Positions 42,291-51,810 are shown, counted from the first letter of the stretch. The stretch: 64,000 nucleotides of DNA from Nitrospirota bacterium (GCA_963845245.1 CAWJRJ010000017.1:96001-160000); one strand, 5' to 3'. Numbers and translations: made by a program. Notes: generated by a model from the letters alone, not told the origin.

Positions 42291-43736
42291 ATGAGCGAGG
42301 AGAAAAAAGAGGAGCAGCCCAAAAAGCCGAAGGTTCCTCGTCAGGCAATGCCGGAGCAGGATCCGCATGTAAGGGCAAAAAATTTTCAGGAAGTCACCAC
42401 CGGGTATACCGAGGAGCAGGCGCTCCTTGAGGCTTCAAGGTGCCTGCAGTGCAAGAAGCCGTTCTGCAGGACGGGCTGTCCGGTCGGCATAGACATCAAG
42501 TCTTTCATTGGGCTTATTACGGGAAAAGACTACCTTGGCGCATTGGCCAAGATCAAGGAATCGAGCCTCCTGCCCGCAGTCTGCGGCAGGGTCTGCCCGC
42601 AGGAGATGCAGTGCGAAAAGTTCTGCATAGTGGGCAAGAAGAACGAGCCGGTCGCCATAGGCCGCCTCGAGAGGTTCGTAGCAGACTATCAGGGCAAGCA
42701 CGGCGGCGGCGAGCTGCCGACGACTGCTTCGTCCACAGGCAAAAAGGTCGCAGTCGTGGGCGCCGGCCCGTCGGGCCTCACTGCCGCCTTCGACCTCACC
42801 CTCTTAGGGCACAAGGTCACGATCTTCGAGGCCCTTCACAAGGCTGGCGGCGTGCTCGTATACGGCATACCCGAGTTCAGGCTTCCGAAGGCGATCGTTG
42901 AGCGCGAAGTCGACCTCCTCAAGAAGATGGGAGTCGAGATAAAGCTCGATTACGTCATAGGCAAGATCAAGACGATCGACCAGCTTATGCAGGAAGAAGG
43001 CTTCGACGCGGTATACGTGGGTAACGGCGCGGGACTGCCCTGGTTCATGGGCATACCCGGTGAGAACCTCAACGGCGTGTTCTCGGCCAACGAGTACCTC
43101 ACCCGTTCAAACCTTATGAAGGCCTATCAGTTCCCCGACTACGAGACCCCGATAGGCAGGTTCAAGAACGTCGCGGTCGTCGGCGGCGGAAACGTCGCGA
43201 TGGACTCTGTCAGGACGGCACTCAGGCTTGGCGCGGACAACGCATACATAGTATATCGCCGTTCCAAGGACGAGCTTCCCGCAAGAGGCGAAGAAGTCGA
43301 GCATGCGGGCCACGAGGGCGTCCAGTTCAAGCTTCTGACCGCACCCGTCAGGGTGATAGGCAACGATAAGGGCTGGGTCACCGGGCTTGAGTGCCTCGAG
43401 ATGGAACTTGGCGAGCCGGACGACTCCGGAAGGCGCAGGCCGGTCCCGAAGAAGGGCTCCGAGTTCGTGTTACCCTGCGACGCGATCGTCGTATCTATCG
43501 GCACCAGCTCGAACCCGCTCCTCTTCCAGACCACGCCGGGCCTTGGCCAGACGAAGAAGGGCTACATAGAGGTCGAGAGCGAAGAGACCTGCCGCACGAC
43601 CAAGAAGGGCGTGTTCGCCGGCGGCGATATAGTCACCGGCGCTGCCACGGTCATCCTTGCGATGGGTGCTGGCAGGAACGCGGCGAAGCACATAGACGAG
43701 TACCTGAAGACAGGCGAGTGGTGGAGCAACTCATAG
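42291..43736 (+). CDS. nfnB: NfnB/SudA-type NADPH-binding subunit (GltD-like)
   Basis: RCLQCKKPFCRTGCP, GRVCPQE.QCE, YGIPEFRLPK, ANEYLTR, GGD..TGAATVI; follows nfnA. Confidence 0.88.
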   Translation: MSEEKKEEQPKKPKVPRQAMPEQDPHVRAKNFQEVTTGYTEEQALLEASRCLQCKKPFCRTGCPVGIDIKSFIGLITGKDYLGALAKIKESSLLPAVCGRVCPQEMQCEKFCIVGKKNEPVAIGRLERFVADYQGKHGGGELPTTASSTGKKVAVVGAGPSGLTAAFDLTLLGHKVTIFEALHKAGGVLVYGIPEFRLPKAIVEREVDLLKKMGVEIKLDYVIGKIKTIDQLMQEEGFDAVYVGNGAGLPWFMGIPGENLNGVFSANEYLTRSNLMKAYQFPDYETPIGRFKNVAVVGGGNVAMDSVRTALRLGADNAYIVYRRSKDELPARGEEVEHAGHEGVQFKLLTAPVRVIGNDKGWVTGLECLEMELGEPDDSGRRRPVPKKGSEFVLPCDAIVVSIGTSSNPLLFQTTPGLGQTKKGYIEVESEETCRTTKKGVFAGGDIVTGAATVILAMGAGRNAAKHIDEYLKTGEWWSNS

Positions 43737-43801
43737 TCCACGGTCTGATTTGAAAGAGGTCAACAACACTTCCGGCATAGCCGGAGAAAGGTAGGCGTAT
43801 T

Positions 43802-44038
43802 ATGGCTATTACAGCGGATCAGGTTTTGGATTGCGTGGGTCTTGTTTGCCCGGAGCCGATTTTGAAGACGAACATGACCGTGAAGAAGATGGAGGTCGGC
43901 AAGGTCCTTGAGATGGTAGGCACCGACCTTGGCACGAAGAACGACATCGTAGCATGGGCCAACAGGACCGGCAACGAGCTCATGGAGGTCGTGGAAGAAG
44001 GCGGCAAGCAGCATTACTTCATAAAGAAGACGAAGTAG
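43802..44038 (+). CDS. tusA: TusA-family sulfur carrier
   Basis: LDCVGLVCPEP motif. Confidence 0.92.
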   Translation: MAITADQVLDCVGLVCPEPILKTNMTVKKMEVGKVLEMVGTDLGTKNDIVAWANRTGNELMEVVEEGGKQHYFIKKTK

Positions 44039-44045
44039 GCTTTAA

Positions 44046-44078
44046 CCGGCCCCGGATAACACCGGGGCCGGGCTTTTA
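44046..44078 (+). terminator. Intrinsic terminator after tusA
   Basis: ccggccccgg-ataaca-ccggggccgg-gctttt. Confidence 0.75.
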
Positions 44079-44131
44079 TTGAGGGTCCTTACGGGGGAGA
44101 GGTTTCCAAGCATCCAGGAGGGGTTTGAGCA

Positions 44132-44572
44132 ATGAAGATAAAAGACATACTCGACACCAGCAGGGGCGTGATAACCATAGGACCCAAGGAGCATGTTGGG
44201 ACCGCCATGAAGACCCTTCTCGAAAGAAAGATAAGCTGTCTACCGGTCCTGGATGAAACAGGGAAGGTACTTGGCGTAATTTCAGAACGTGATATAATTA
44301 GAGAAATAAGCGAGACAGGCTGTCTTGGTGCCACCACGGTAGGTGATGCGATGACCAAGGACATACTCATCGGACTTGACGACGACGACCTCGACTATAT
44401 CATGAACATCATGTCCAAGAACAACATCAGGCATATGCCCATCATGTCAGGACGTGAGCTTACCGGGATCGTCTCGATAAGGGACGTGGTAAAGGGCCTG
44501 ATGCACAAGGTCGAGGCGGAGAACCGCTACCTGAAAGACTATATTGGCGGCAAGTACGAGGGGTATCAATAA
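44132..44572 (+). CDS. Tandem CBS domain protein
   Basis: GVISERD, IRHMPI, GIVSIRDVVK. Confidence 0.9.
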   Translation: MKIKDILDTSRGVITIGPKEHVGTAMKTLLERKISCLPVLDETGKVLGVISERDIIREISETGCLGATTVGDAMTKDILIGLDDDDLDYIMNIMSKNNIRHMPIMSGRELTGIVSIRDVVKGLMHKVEAENRYLKDYIGGKYEGYQ

Positions 44573-44594
44573 ACCTAAACTTGAGAGGTGTGCC

Positions 44595-44945
44595 ATGCCA
44601 TCCGTAAAGTTTGAAGGCGGTTCAGTAGAGGTAGACGAGAACGGTTACCTGAAGAACATATACGCGTGGAACGAGTCGATAGCGGCAGCCATCGCAAAGA
44701 CTGAAGGCATAAAAAAGCTGACCGAGGACAACCTCGAGGTCTTGAAGTTCCTCAGGAACTACTACATCAAATTCAATTCTTTTCCCCTGTTGAAGATGGT
44801 CTGTTCCAACCTTGACAAGCCGGCCACCTGCATGACGAAGCCGTTCAAGATGGACCCGCTCAAGGCATGGAAGATAGCCGGACTGCCCCAGCCGGTGGAA
44901 GAGGCGCTTGTATATCTCCAGGGGCCACCACACCCCCAGAAGTAA
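44595..44945 (+). CDS. DsrC/TusE-fold paralog lacking both C-terminal cysteines (RspA-like)
   Basis: VDENGYL...WN, LKFLRNYY, C-terminus AWKIAGLPQPVEE. Confidence 0.85.
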   Translation: MPSVKFEGGSVEVDENGYLKNIYAWNESIAAAIAKTEGIKKLTEDNLEVLKFLRNYYIKFNSFPLLKMVCSNLDKPATCMTKPFKMDPLKAWKIAGLPQPVEEALVYLQGPPHPQK

Positions 44946-44987
44946 TTGGCAAGATATGCCGGCCTGTGCCGGCATGGAGGAATATAG

Positions 44988-45797
44988 ATGGAAGAAGCAA
45001 TAAAGCCCGGGACTGTATACCTGGTCGGAGCAGGGCCGGGAGACCCGGGTCTTTTTACTTTAAAAGGCGCAAAGATACTCACAAACGCCGAGGTAGTCGT
45101 ATACGACGCCCTGGTACAGGAGGAACTTCTTGCACTTGCCCCTCCGGGCGCAAAGCTCATCTACATGGGCAAGCGCTGCGGCAGGAGCTGCCCCTCGCAG
45201 GAGGAGATAAATGACACCTTGGTTGCCGAGGCCAGGGCTGGCCGTAATGTGGTCAGGCTGAAGGGCGGAGACCCGTTCGTGTTCGGCAGGGGTGGTGAGG
45301 AAGTCCTTGCACTTGGCGCGGCAGGCATACCTTGCGAGGTCGTGCCCGGTGTGACCGCCGGCATCGCCGTACCGGCATCCATGGGCATACCAGTAACCCA
45401 CAGGGGGGCGTCAGGCAGCGTGGCATTCGTTACCGGCCATCCCGGTAGCGGCCTGCAGGACCCGGTGAACTGGGAGAGCCTGGCTACCGCCGTTAGCACT
45501 ATAGTCATTTATATGGGGCTTACCCGCCTGCCCGAGATCGCCGAGCGTCTCATCCACGCCGGCCGTCCGGCGGATACGCCGGCTGCAGTCGTCAGCCAGG
45601 GCACAGGCAAGGACCAGCGCCAGGTTGTAGCGCCTCTGAGCGAGTTGTTCAATGCAGCGACCGCTGCGGGTATAGACATGCCGGCCCTTATCATCATCGG
45701 CCCGGTAGTCGGCCTGAGGAATAAATTCGCTACTCTGGCATCGGCAGCCCTGCCTGCTAACCCAGCTCAGGAAGAGATGGCCAAAGCCCAAGGCTGA
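44988..45797 (+). CDS. cobA: Uroporphyrinogen-III C-methyltransferase (siroheme synthesis)
   Basis: LVGAGPGDP, RLKGGDPFVFGRGGEE, IPVTHR. Confidence 0.95.
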   Translation: MEEAIKPGTVYLVGAGPGDPGLFTLKGAKILTNAEVVVYDALVQEELLALAPPGAKLIYMGKRCGRSCPSQEEINDTLVAEARAGRNVVRLKGGDPFVFGRGGEEVLALGAAGIPCEVVPGVTAGIAVPASMGIPVTHRGASGSVAFVTGHPGSGLQDPVNWESLATAVSTIVIYMGLTRLPEIAERLIHAGRPADTPAAVVSQGTGKDQRQVVAPLSELFNAATAAGIDMPALIIIGPVVGLRNKFATLASAALPANPAQEEMAKAQG

Positions 45798-45803
45798 GGC
45801 CCT

Positions 45804-45965
45804 ATGACAGAAAAAAACGATAGTCCTAATACGCCGGGCATAGTCAGAAAAGTCAAAAAGAGGAAGAGGCCGCCAAAACATAACTGCGACAAGAACTGCA
45901 GCATCTGCCGCCTTCCGTGCGACAACCCGATAAACCCTCTTTCCATTAAAAAAACAATAAAGTAA
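45804..45965 (+). CDS. 53-aa basic, Cys-rich small protein (not in the ORF track)
   Basis: GAGG RBS; MTEKNDSPNTPGIVRKVKKRKRPPKHNCDKNCSICRLPCDNPINPLSIKKTIK; fills the cobA-osmC gap. Confidence 0.5.
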   Translation: MTEKNDSPNTPGIVRKVKKRKRPPKHNCDKNCSICRLPCDNPINPLSIKKTIK

Positions 45966-45981
45966 CGGGAGAACTTAATTC

Positions 45982-46455
45982 ATGGAGCCGATAAACCAGG
46001 ATATAAACCTCGAAGGCTACAAGGAGAAGGTAAAGACAGCCGCCAAAGGGTTCCTCTTTTGGGAGAAGGACCTCCTCTTCAAGGGGATGACCCAGTCGGG
46101 CTACGAGATAGAGTTCGACGCCGCCGTGCAATGGGGCTGCATGCCGACCGAGTCGCTGATGCTCTCGCTCGCGGGCTGCATGGGGATCGATGTAGTCAGC
46201 TTCCTGCAGAAGATGAAGGCCGAGATCCACAAATTCAAACTCGATATAGACGGCGACAGGAACCCCACACCTCCGCAGTACTTCAAGTCGTTCACGATGC
46301 ATCTGAACATTACCGGCAAGGGGATAAAGGAGAAGCAGGTCGAGCGGGCCATCGCGCTGTCTCAGGACAAATACTGCTCCGTCTACCATTCCCTGCGCAA
46401 GGACATTGTGGTCAAGGTGGGATATACCATAACTGATGTGGAAGAGCCGAAGTGA
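45982..46455 (+). CDS. OsmC/YhfA-family protein
   Basis: PTESL..SLAGCMGIDV and LSQDKYCSV. Confidence 0.88.
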   Translation: MEPINQDINLEGYKEKVKTAAKGFLFWEKDLLFKGMTQSGYEIEFDAAVQWGCMPTESLMLSLAGCMGIDVVSFLQKMKAEIHKFKLDIDGDRNPTPPQYFKSFTMHLNITGKGIKEKQVERAIALSQDKYCSVYHSLRKDIVVKVGYTITDVEEPK

Positions 46456-47036
46456 AATACAAGGGTATAAACCACCTTGCGATGGCCACGGCCGACATGG
46501 ACGCGACCGTGAGGTATTGGCGGGACCTTCTCGGCATGAGGCTTATCGCAGGGCACGGCGGTGCAGGCCGCAGGCAGTACTTTTTCCAGATATCCGACTA
46601 CGACCTTGTTTCCTTCTTTGAATGGGACGATGTTGAGAAGGTAAGACCGAAGCGCCACGGCGAGCCCGTTAAGGGTCCGTTCATCTTCGACCACTTTGCG
46701 ATAGGTGTTGAAAACGATGACGCGCTGTGGGCCATCGCCGACAAGCTTATTGCCGCCGGGTTCTCATGCTCAAACATGATGGACCACGGGCTTATACATT
46801 CAATATATACCTTCGACCCGAACGGCATACCGGTCGAGTTCTGCTGCTATGTCGAAGGATGCAAGTTGATGGAGTATCCGGTCCTCGCGGATGCGGACCG
46901 TGTGCCGGCAGCCATGGAAGGTTCAGAGCCGAACGAATCGTACTGGCCCCCGGTCGATTCGCCCTTCACAGATGACGAAAAGGTGATTATCCCCGGCGAG
47001 GGGAGCGAGACCTTTAAGTCAAGCGGCAAGTCTTAA
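46452..47036 (+). CDS. VOC (glyoxalase/bleomycin resistance) family protein
   Basis: INHLA, FDHFA, SIYTFDPNGIPVEF. Confidence 0.88.
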   Translation: MKYKGINHLAMATADMDATVRYWRDLLGMRLIAGHGGAGRRQYFFQISDYDLVSFFEWDDVEKVRPKRHGEPVKGPFIFDHFAIGVENDDALWAIADKLIAAGFSCSNMMDHGLIHSIYTFDPNGIPVEFCCYVEGCKLMEYPVLADADRVPAAMEGSEPNESYWPPVDSPFTDDEKVIIPGEGSETFKSSGKS

Positions 47037-47875
47037 AAAATAATCCCGGCGTACCCAACCGCCATTTCGAACTCTCCCTGCGGGTACACGTCATAGCTCG
47101 TAACGTGTTCAAGCAGCACGCCACTCTTTGAACCCATGACCTTCGAGGCGGCGACAGTAGCCGACATCGCGCCCGGTCCGCACGCGTTCGAGTTCTTTTC
47201 GGCTTCTTCCAATATATCCCCGGCTCTCAATTCAAGCGCTAGTCTTATTATCCTCTCGTCGTTTTCCCGCATCCATTGGTATGCCTTAGGCCCGTAGCCA
47301 GCCGGGGAAAACCCGTAGTTGTCCCCGTAGTGGGTGAGGTCAGTGCTCCCAATTACTACCGCATTAAGTCCTCTCCCGGCAATCACTCTGCCGATGCCTT
47401 CTCCGAGGGCAACGGCCTCCTCGCCGGGCGGGACGGCAATCGGCACTATGGATGTCTTCGGGAAGAGGTACTTTATCATCGGCGTCTGCACCTCTATCGA
47501 ATGTTCATATACGTGGGCCTGCGGGTTGTCTGCCAGAAGGCCCGGCAGCTCGCCAAGGAGCATCGCCGCGATGTCGCCATTTACCTTGATTTCACCGAGT
47601 GGAGTCGACCATGAACCGGAGCTGTATATGGAGTTCTTACGCACTCCGGGTACGTGTACTGCGCCGAGCAGTATAAACGCGTCGGGAGCTTTTTGCGCCT
47701 GTATGGACAGGAATACCTTGGCGGCGGTAGCGCCGGAGAAGAACCAGCCTGCGTGCGGCACTATTCCGCCTTTTATATCGGTAGGCTCATCAGGCGGCGT
47801 GAAACCTTTTTTGAAGCTCTCGATTTGCCCTATGCAGTTGCCTGGGTAAAACTGCGTGGCAGATTGTAGCCTCAT
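47033..47875 (-). CDS. amrB: AmmeMemoRadiSam system protein B (Memo family)
   Basis: FYP, PHAGWFFSG, EHSIEVQ, STDLTHYG, ACG, VGYAG. Confidence 0.88.
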   Translation of the reverse strand: MRLQSATQFYPGNCIGQIESFKKGFTPPDEPTDIKGGIVPHAGWFFSGATAAKVFLSIQAQKAPDAFILLGAVHVPGVRKNSIYSSGSWSTPLGEIKVNGDIAAMLLGELPGLLADNPQAHVYEHSIEVQTPMIKYLFPKTSIVPIAVPPGEEAVALGEGIGRVIAGRGLNAVVIGSTDLTHYGDNYGFSPAGYGPKAYQWMRENDERIIRLALELRAGDILEEAEKNSNACGPGAMSATVAASKVMGSKSGVLLEHVTSYDVYPQGEFEMAVGYAGIIF

Positions 47876-47880
47876 GATAA

Positions 47881-48567
47881 TTATATAGGCTTTCTGGCGA
47901 CCGCCATAATGTTCTTCCCGATAAAGGCCCCAACGGCCCTGTCGAGAAGCCTGCTTGCTGGGAAGAAAACGGTATCATAAACCTTTATAGCCTTCATGTT
48001 CAGGTCTCCGCGCCTGTTGCCGACAAGCTTGTAAAGTATGGTAGCAAGGAATCCGAGGCTGTCCACATAGGCAGCTTTTTCTTTAGCGAAACCGGCGGCC
48101 GATAAAAGACTGGTTAAGCCAGATATCCGATAACGTCTTAGATGGCCGACTTTTTTGTCCATGCTTGAATAGAGTATATCAAACGCCGGGACATAGAGAA
48201 AGAGCCTGCCTCCCGGTTTTAGCTTCTGATAAAGGTCCTTCAGTGTCCCCAGGTCGTCTTCGATATGCTCGAGCACATTCAAAGAATATATATAGTCGAT
48301 GGATTCAGACGGGATGCTCGAAACGTCGGGGTAGGCCTCGAAACCCAGCTCCTTCAGGCGTTTGGTTAGCGCCTGGTCAGGTTCGATGCAGACCACTGTG
48401 CCAGCTTTTGAAAGCGCGGTCGCAAAGGTACCTATCCCTGAGCCAAAATCCAGCATCCTGGTTGCGCCAAGTGAATGCCGGCGAGTTTCATTAATCAAGA
48501 AATTGCTATAGTTTTTTGCCTCTGCTATTATCTCTAGATTGTCAACACCGGTATATTTAACGCTCAT
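47881..48567 (-). CDS. Class I SAM-dependent methyltransferase
   Basis: LDFGSGIG, NVLEHIEDD, D..VGH.RRY. Confidence 0.88.
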   Translation of the reverse strand: MSVKYTGVDNLEIIAEAKNYSNFLINETRRHSLGATRMLDFGSGIGTFATALSKAGTVVCIEPDQALTKRLKELGFEAYPDVSSIPSESIDYIYSLNVLEHIEDDLGTLKDLYQKLKPGGRLFLYVPAFDILYSSMDKKVGHLRRYRISGLTSLLSAAGFAKEKAAYVDSLGFLATILYKLVGNRRGDLNMKAIKVYDTVFFPASRLLDRAVGAFIGKNIMAVARKPI

Positions 48568-49537
48568 CCGAGGAGTCCCCCCGGCGAGTCACATTGTGGG
48601 TTATAAGCCTTTTTCGCAGAATAAAGTTTTCGTTATGATATTTGGACAGCGTATCCATTACCAGGCCGAGTCCCAGGCAAAACGCAGCCAGGATCCCTAA
48701 GCCCGAAGCGAGTATCGCCAGGGGGACGTGATATACATATCCGGTCATGACGTAATCCATAATAGGCGAGTATCCGGCGATGGCGCTCAGTGAAGATAGC
48801 ACAAGGAAGAGCATGGAAAAGAACACAAAGGGTTTATAATCTTTGAATATCAAGAATATCTTCTTCAAGACCAGGAAGCCATCCAGATAGGTGTTCAATT
48901 TGGAGTAGCTGCCGACAGGTCTTTCCCCGTATTTAATGAACATCTCCTTTATACGAAAGTCCTTTGCCAGTGCTTGAAGGGTCATCTCGGTTTCTATATC
49001 GAAGCCCTCGGACATCAACGGTATGGTCTTTATGAATGTCCAGGAAAATACCCTGTACCCCGACATTACGTCCGTTACCTTCCTGGAGAATATCAGCGAG
49101 ATAAGCCAGGCCACAAGCCTGTTGCCGAATTTGTGGAACTGCCTGAAGGATTTAGTACTGAAAGATGACAGCCTGGCGCCGACCACCATGTCGGCCTCGC
49201 CTTTTTTAAATTCGGCTATCAAGTCCGGGGCGGAGGCGGCCGGATACGTATCGTCACCGTCTACCATAATGAAAATTTCGCCTTCCAACTCCGAGAACAT
49301 CTGTTTTACTACGTTCCCTTTGCCCTTTATAGGTGAATGCACCACGGTTGCGCCGCTTTCCCTGGCAATCTCGGCTGTCCTGTCCGTCGAATTATTGTCG
49401 TAGACATAAATCGCGGCTCCAGGAAGTGCCGCTTTATAATCGGCCACAACGCGTCCGACAGTCTTTTCTTCGTTCAGGCAAGGGATCATTACCACCACCC
49501 CGCTGTATTTGTTCCCCTTATCTGGCATGCAGGTCAT
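48557..49537 (-). CDS. GT2 polyprenol-phosphate glycosyltransferase with two C-terminal TM helices
   Basis: IPCLNEE, DNNSTD, DGDDTY, SGYR, FDIETE. Confidence 0.9.
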   Translation of the reverse strand: MTCMPDKGNKYSGVVVMIPCLNEEKTVGRVVADYKAALPGAAIYVYDNNSTDRTAEIARESGATVVHSPIKGKGNVVKQMFSELEGEIFIMVDGDDTYPAASAPDLIAEFKKGEADMVVGARLSSFSTKSFRQFHKFGNRLVAWLISLIFSRKVTDVMSGYRVFSWTFIKTIPLMSEGFDIETEMTLQALAKDFRIKEMFIKYGERPVGSYSKLNTYLDGFLVLKKIFLIFKDYKPFVFFSMLFLVLSSLSAIAGYSPIMDYVMTGYVYHVPLAILASGLGILAAFCLGLGLVMDTLSKYHNENFILRKRLITHNVTRRGDSSDER

Positions 49538-49546
49538 CCCTTCAAT

Positions 49547-51172
49547 TTAAAATCGCGCGACCTGGAAAAGGCCGAACGTTTCATGATCTCCTTCGACAAT
49601 TAACGGCTGTGGATTTACTATCCCGAACCCGTAAAAGTATTTCAACCGTGGGCCGTCCGTATCGGGGTCTCGGGTCATAAGGTAAACAGGGCCTGTGTGT
49701 CTGTTTAAAACATCCTTCATTTCGGACTGCATCTTCGAGTCGTCTTCTGGATTTGTAAGCAAAGACTGAAAGCGCAGAAAACGGACTCCTTTTGGAAAAA
49801 AGGGCACAATGTATGAAGGTCTCTCGAAACGCGATAAGGGCATTATGATAATAGCGTTGTCCGGGTCTTGCAGTTGCGGTATCTCTGTGCCAAAAAGGTT
49901 CTCGGTCCAGGGCCTTCTGCCCCAGTCGGGTATCCTTGTAAACAAGAGACATGCGGAAAAAAAGACTGCCAGGGCCACCGCCCTCTTCTTTTCGTTTCGG
50001 AACAGGTAAAGTACAAGTATGACAATAATAACCGGGGATAATGTTTCAAGGGGCAATGCATAGCGATAGATAAAAAACATCCGTTCCCATACGATGTATG
50101 AGCAAAAAAAGAATGCCAACAGGAACCTGTGGCTGTTGTCGGGAACTGTACGGACCTCTTCTTTTCGAGTTAACCTTCCTAGAACGTAAAGACATACGGC
50201 AATGATTGCCAGCGTAAACAGTATGGCAAGCCTTATGTCGCTGAAGCCTTTTCCTGAGAGTGCGGCTTTGTCGTTGATGAAATAATAAGGAAGTAATATC
50301 CACTTTGCTATTTCCTTCGGGAAATAGCGGTCATCATGAAAATTGTAGTTATAAAAATACGGCGACTTGAATATTTTGTTATAAAGCGGGAACAAGGGGC
50401 TTTCAAATTTCTTCCAAAGAATGTACATCCAGAATCCCGAGGAAGCCAACAAACCGGTTATGAGACCGGTAACCCAAAACGCGATCGATTTAAGACGTTC
50501 TTTCCATGCCATTGACAGGAAAACAAATGCCAGTGTAGCTCCTACTGCATATGTCGCATTTGTGAGTTTAAGGCCAGCGCCCATGCCCATGATTGTCCCT
50601 GCCGCTATCACTCTTTTGTAGTAATAGCCTGAACCTGGTTGTTGCCCCGGAACCAGAGCCCTTGAAAGGATGAGAAGCGATAGAAGGACAAATATGCCTA
50701 CTGTATTGTCGCACATGCTTGCGCCAAGCTCTGACAGGTTGAAGGGTCCGAGGAAAGCGGCAACTGCGCAGGCCACGGCTAAGGCAAGTCGAAGTCCGGG
50801 CTTCAGCCCTTCAAGAACTAAATAAGATAATGCAAAAATAATCCAGAAAGGTATGCCTTGAATGGCGCCCATGAAAAATCCTGCCCATACAGGCTTCAGG
50901 TTGGTATTAAGGAGATAATAGGGCAGGTCTATAAGAGGGTTAAAATATCCGTGTATGTTGGCCACGCCGTAGTCGAAATTCAGCCGGCCATTGAGGAAAG
51001 AATAGGCGTTATAGAAATGGTAGTTTAGCAGGTCATAATCGATGCATTTTCCAAGCTTGACGGAGATAAAGCCTGAGGCCAGAACGCCGGCGATAAAGAC
51101 CGTGATACTCGCGACAATTCCGGGTTTTGAGGTGTAATGCGCATTCGTTCTCATGCTCATAATTGGGTACAT
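49547..51172 (-). CDS. Polytopic membrane protein, probable GT-C glycosyltransferase; start uncertain
   Basis: DLLNYHFYN, FNPLID, GLKLTN, PLFP.YN.IF.SP, YRY..PLE; 10+ TM helices. Confidence 0.7.
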   Translation of the reverse strand: MYPIMSMRTNAHYTSKPGIVASITVFIAGVLASGFISVKLGKCIDYDLLNYHFYNAYSFLNGRLNFDYGVANIHGYFNPLIDLPYYLLNTNLKPVWAGFFMGAIQGIPFWIIFALSYLVLEGLKPGLRLALAVACAVAAFLGPFNLSELGASMCDNTVGIFVLLSLLILSRALVPGQQPGSGYYYKRVIAAGTIMGMGAGLKLTNATYAVGATLAFVFLSMAWKERLKSIAFWVTGLITGLLASSGFWMYILWKKFESPLFPLYNKIFKSPYFYNYNFHDDRYFPKEIAKWILLPYYFINDKAALSGKGFSDIRLAILFTLAIIAVCLYVLGRLTRKEEVRTVPDNSHRFLLAFFFCSYIVWERMFFIYRYALPLETLSPVIIVILVLYLFRNEKKRAVALAVFFSACLLFTRIPDWGRRPWTENLFGTEIPQLQDPDNAIIIMPLSRFERPSYIVPFFPKGVRFLRFQSLLTNPEDDSKMQSEMKDVLNRHTGPVYLMTRDPDTDGPRLKYFYGFGIVNPQPLIVEGDHETFGLFQVARF

Positions 51173-51299
51173 TATCTCCGAAAGCCGATGGTATGTCAAC
51201 ACTAAATATATGTAAAGACAGGGGATGCGGTTGAAGTTAGAACTCCTCAGCTTCTTATGTGCAGTACTAAACGGGCAAAGCCGTGTAGACAATAAATAC

Positions 51300-51328
51300 T
51301 TGACATATCGCAGATAAACGCGTATATT
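51300..51328 (+). promoter_or_regulatory. Sigma70 promoter of the cold-shock gene
   Basis: TTGACA-17 nt-TATATT. Confidence 0.7.
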
Positions 51329-51488
51329 CTATTCAAGTGTTGCTGCGGCGTGATGCTGCAGCTTTTTTTATGCCTGCAATTATTTCATGCTTTTTGGGTA
51401 TTTAGTATTACTTAAGGTTTGAAACGTTTGACAGGTTTTACAATGGATGTTGCGAAAGATCGCACGCCAAAGAAAAAGGGGTATTGAA

Positions 51489-51686
51489 TTGAAGGGTACA
51501 GTTAAGTGGTTCAACGAGAGCAAGGGTTATGGTTTCATCTCACCGGAAGAAGGCAAGGACGTATTCGTGCATTTCTCCGAGATAAAGATGGAAGGCTTCA
51601 AGACCTTGAACGAAGGCCAGGAAGTACAGTTTGAAGTGACCGACGGACCGAAGGGCCCGCAGGCCGTCAACGTCATGAACGCATAA
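51489..51686 (+). CDS. Cold-shock protein (CspA family)
   Basis: TTG start; [20 protein letters not shown]. Confidence 0.95.
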   Translation: MKGTVKWFNESKGYGFISPEEGKDVFVHFSEIKMEGFKTLNEGQEVQFEVTDGPKGPQAVNVMNA

Positions 51687-51711
51687 TATAAAAAAAGCGC
51701 TTCAAAAATTG

Positions 51712-51742
51712 AAAGGCCCCGGAACTTCCGGGGCCTTTTTTT
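51712..51742. terminator. Intrinsic terminator after csp
   Basis: aaaggccccgga-act-tccggggccttttttt. Confidence 0.9.
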
Positions 51743-51810
51743 ATTGCGTCATCAGCCCAAAGAAGAGTCCCACAGACTTGGCAGCATAACTGCAAAATAG
51801 ACCGATTTAA

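Noticed and set aside
42291..43736. Glutamate synthase small subunit
   Set aside because: No gltB is nearby, and the gene follows an NfnA/SudB-type gene, which indicates NfnAB.
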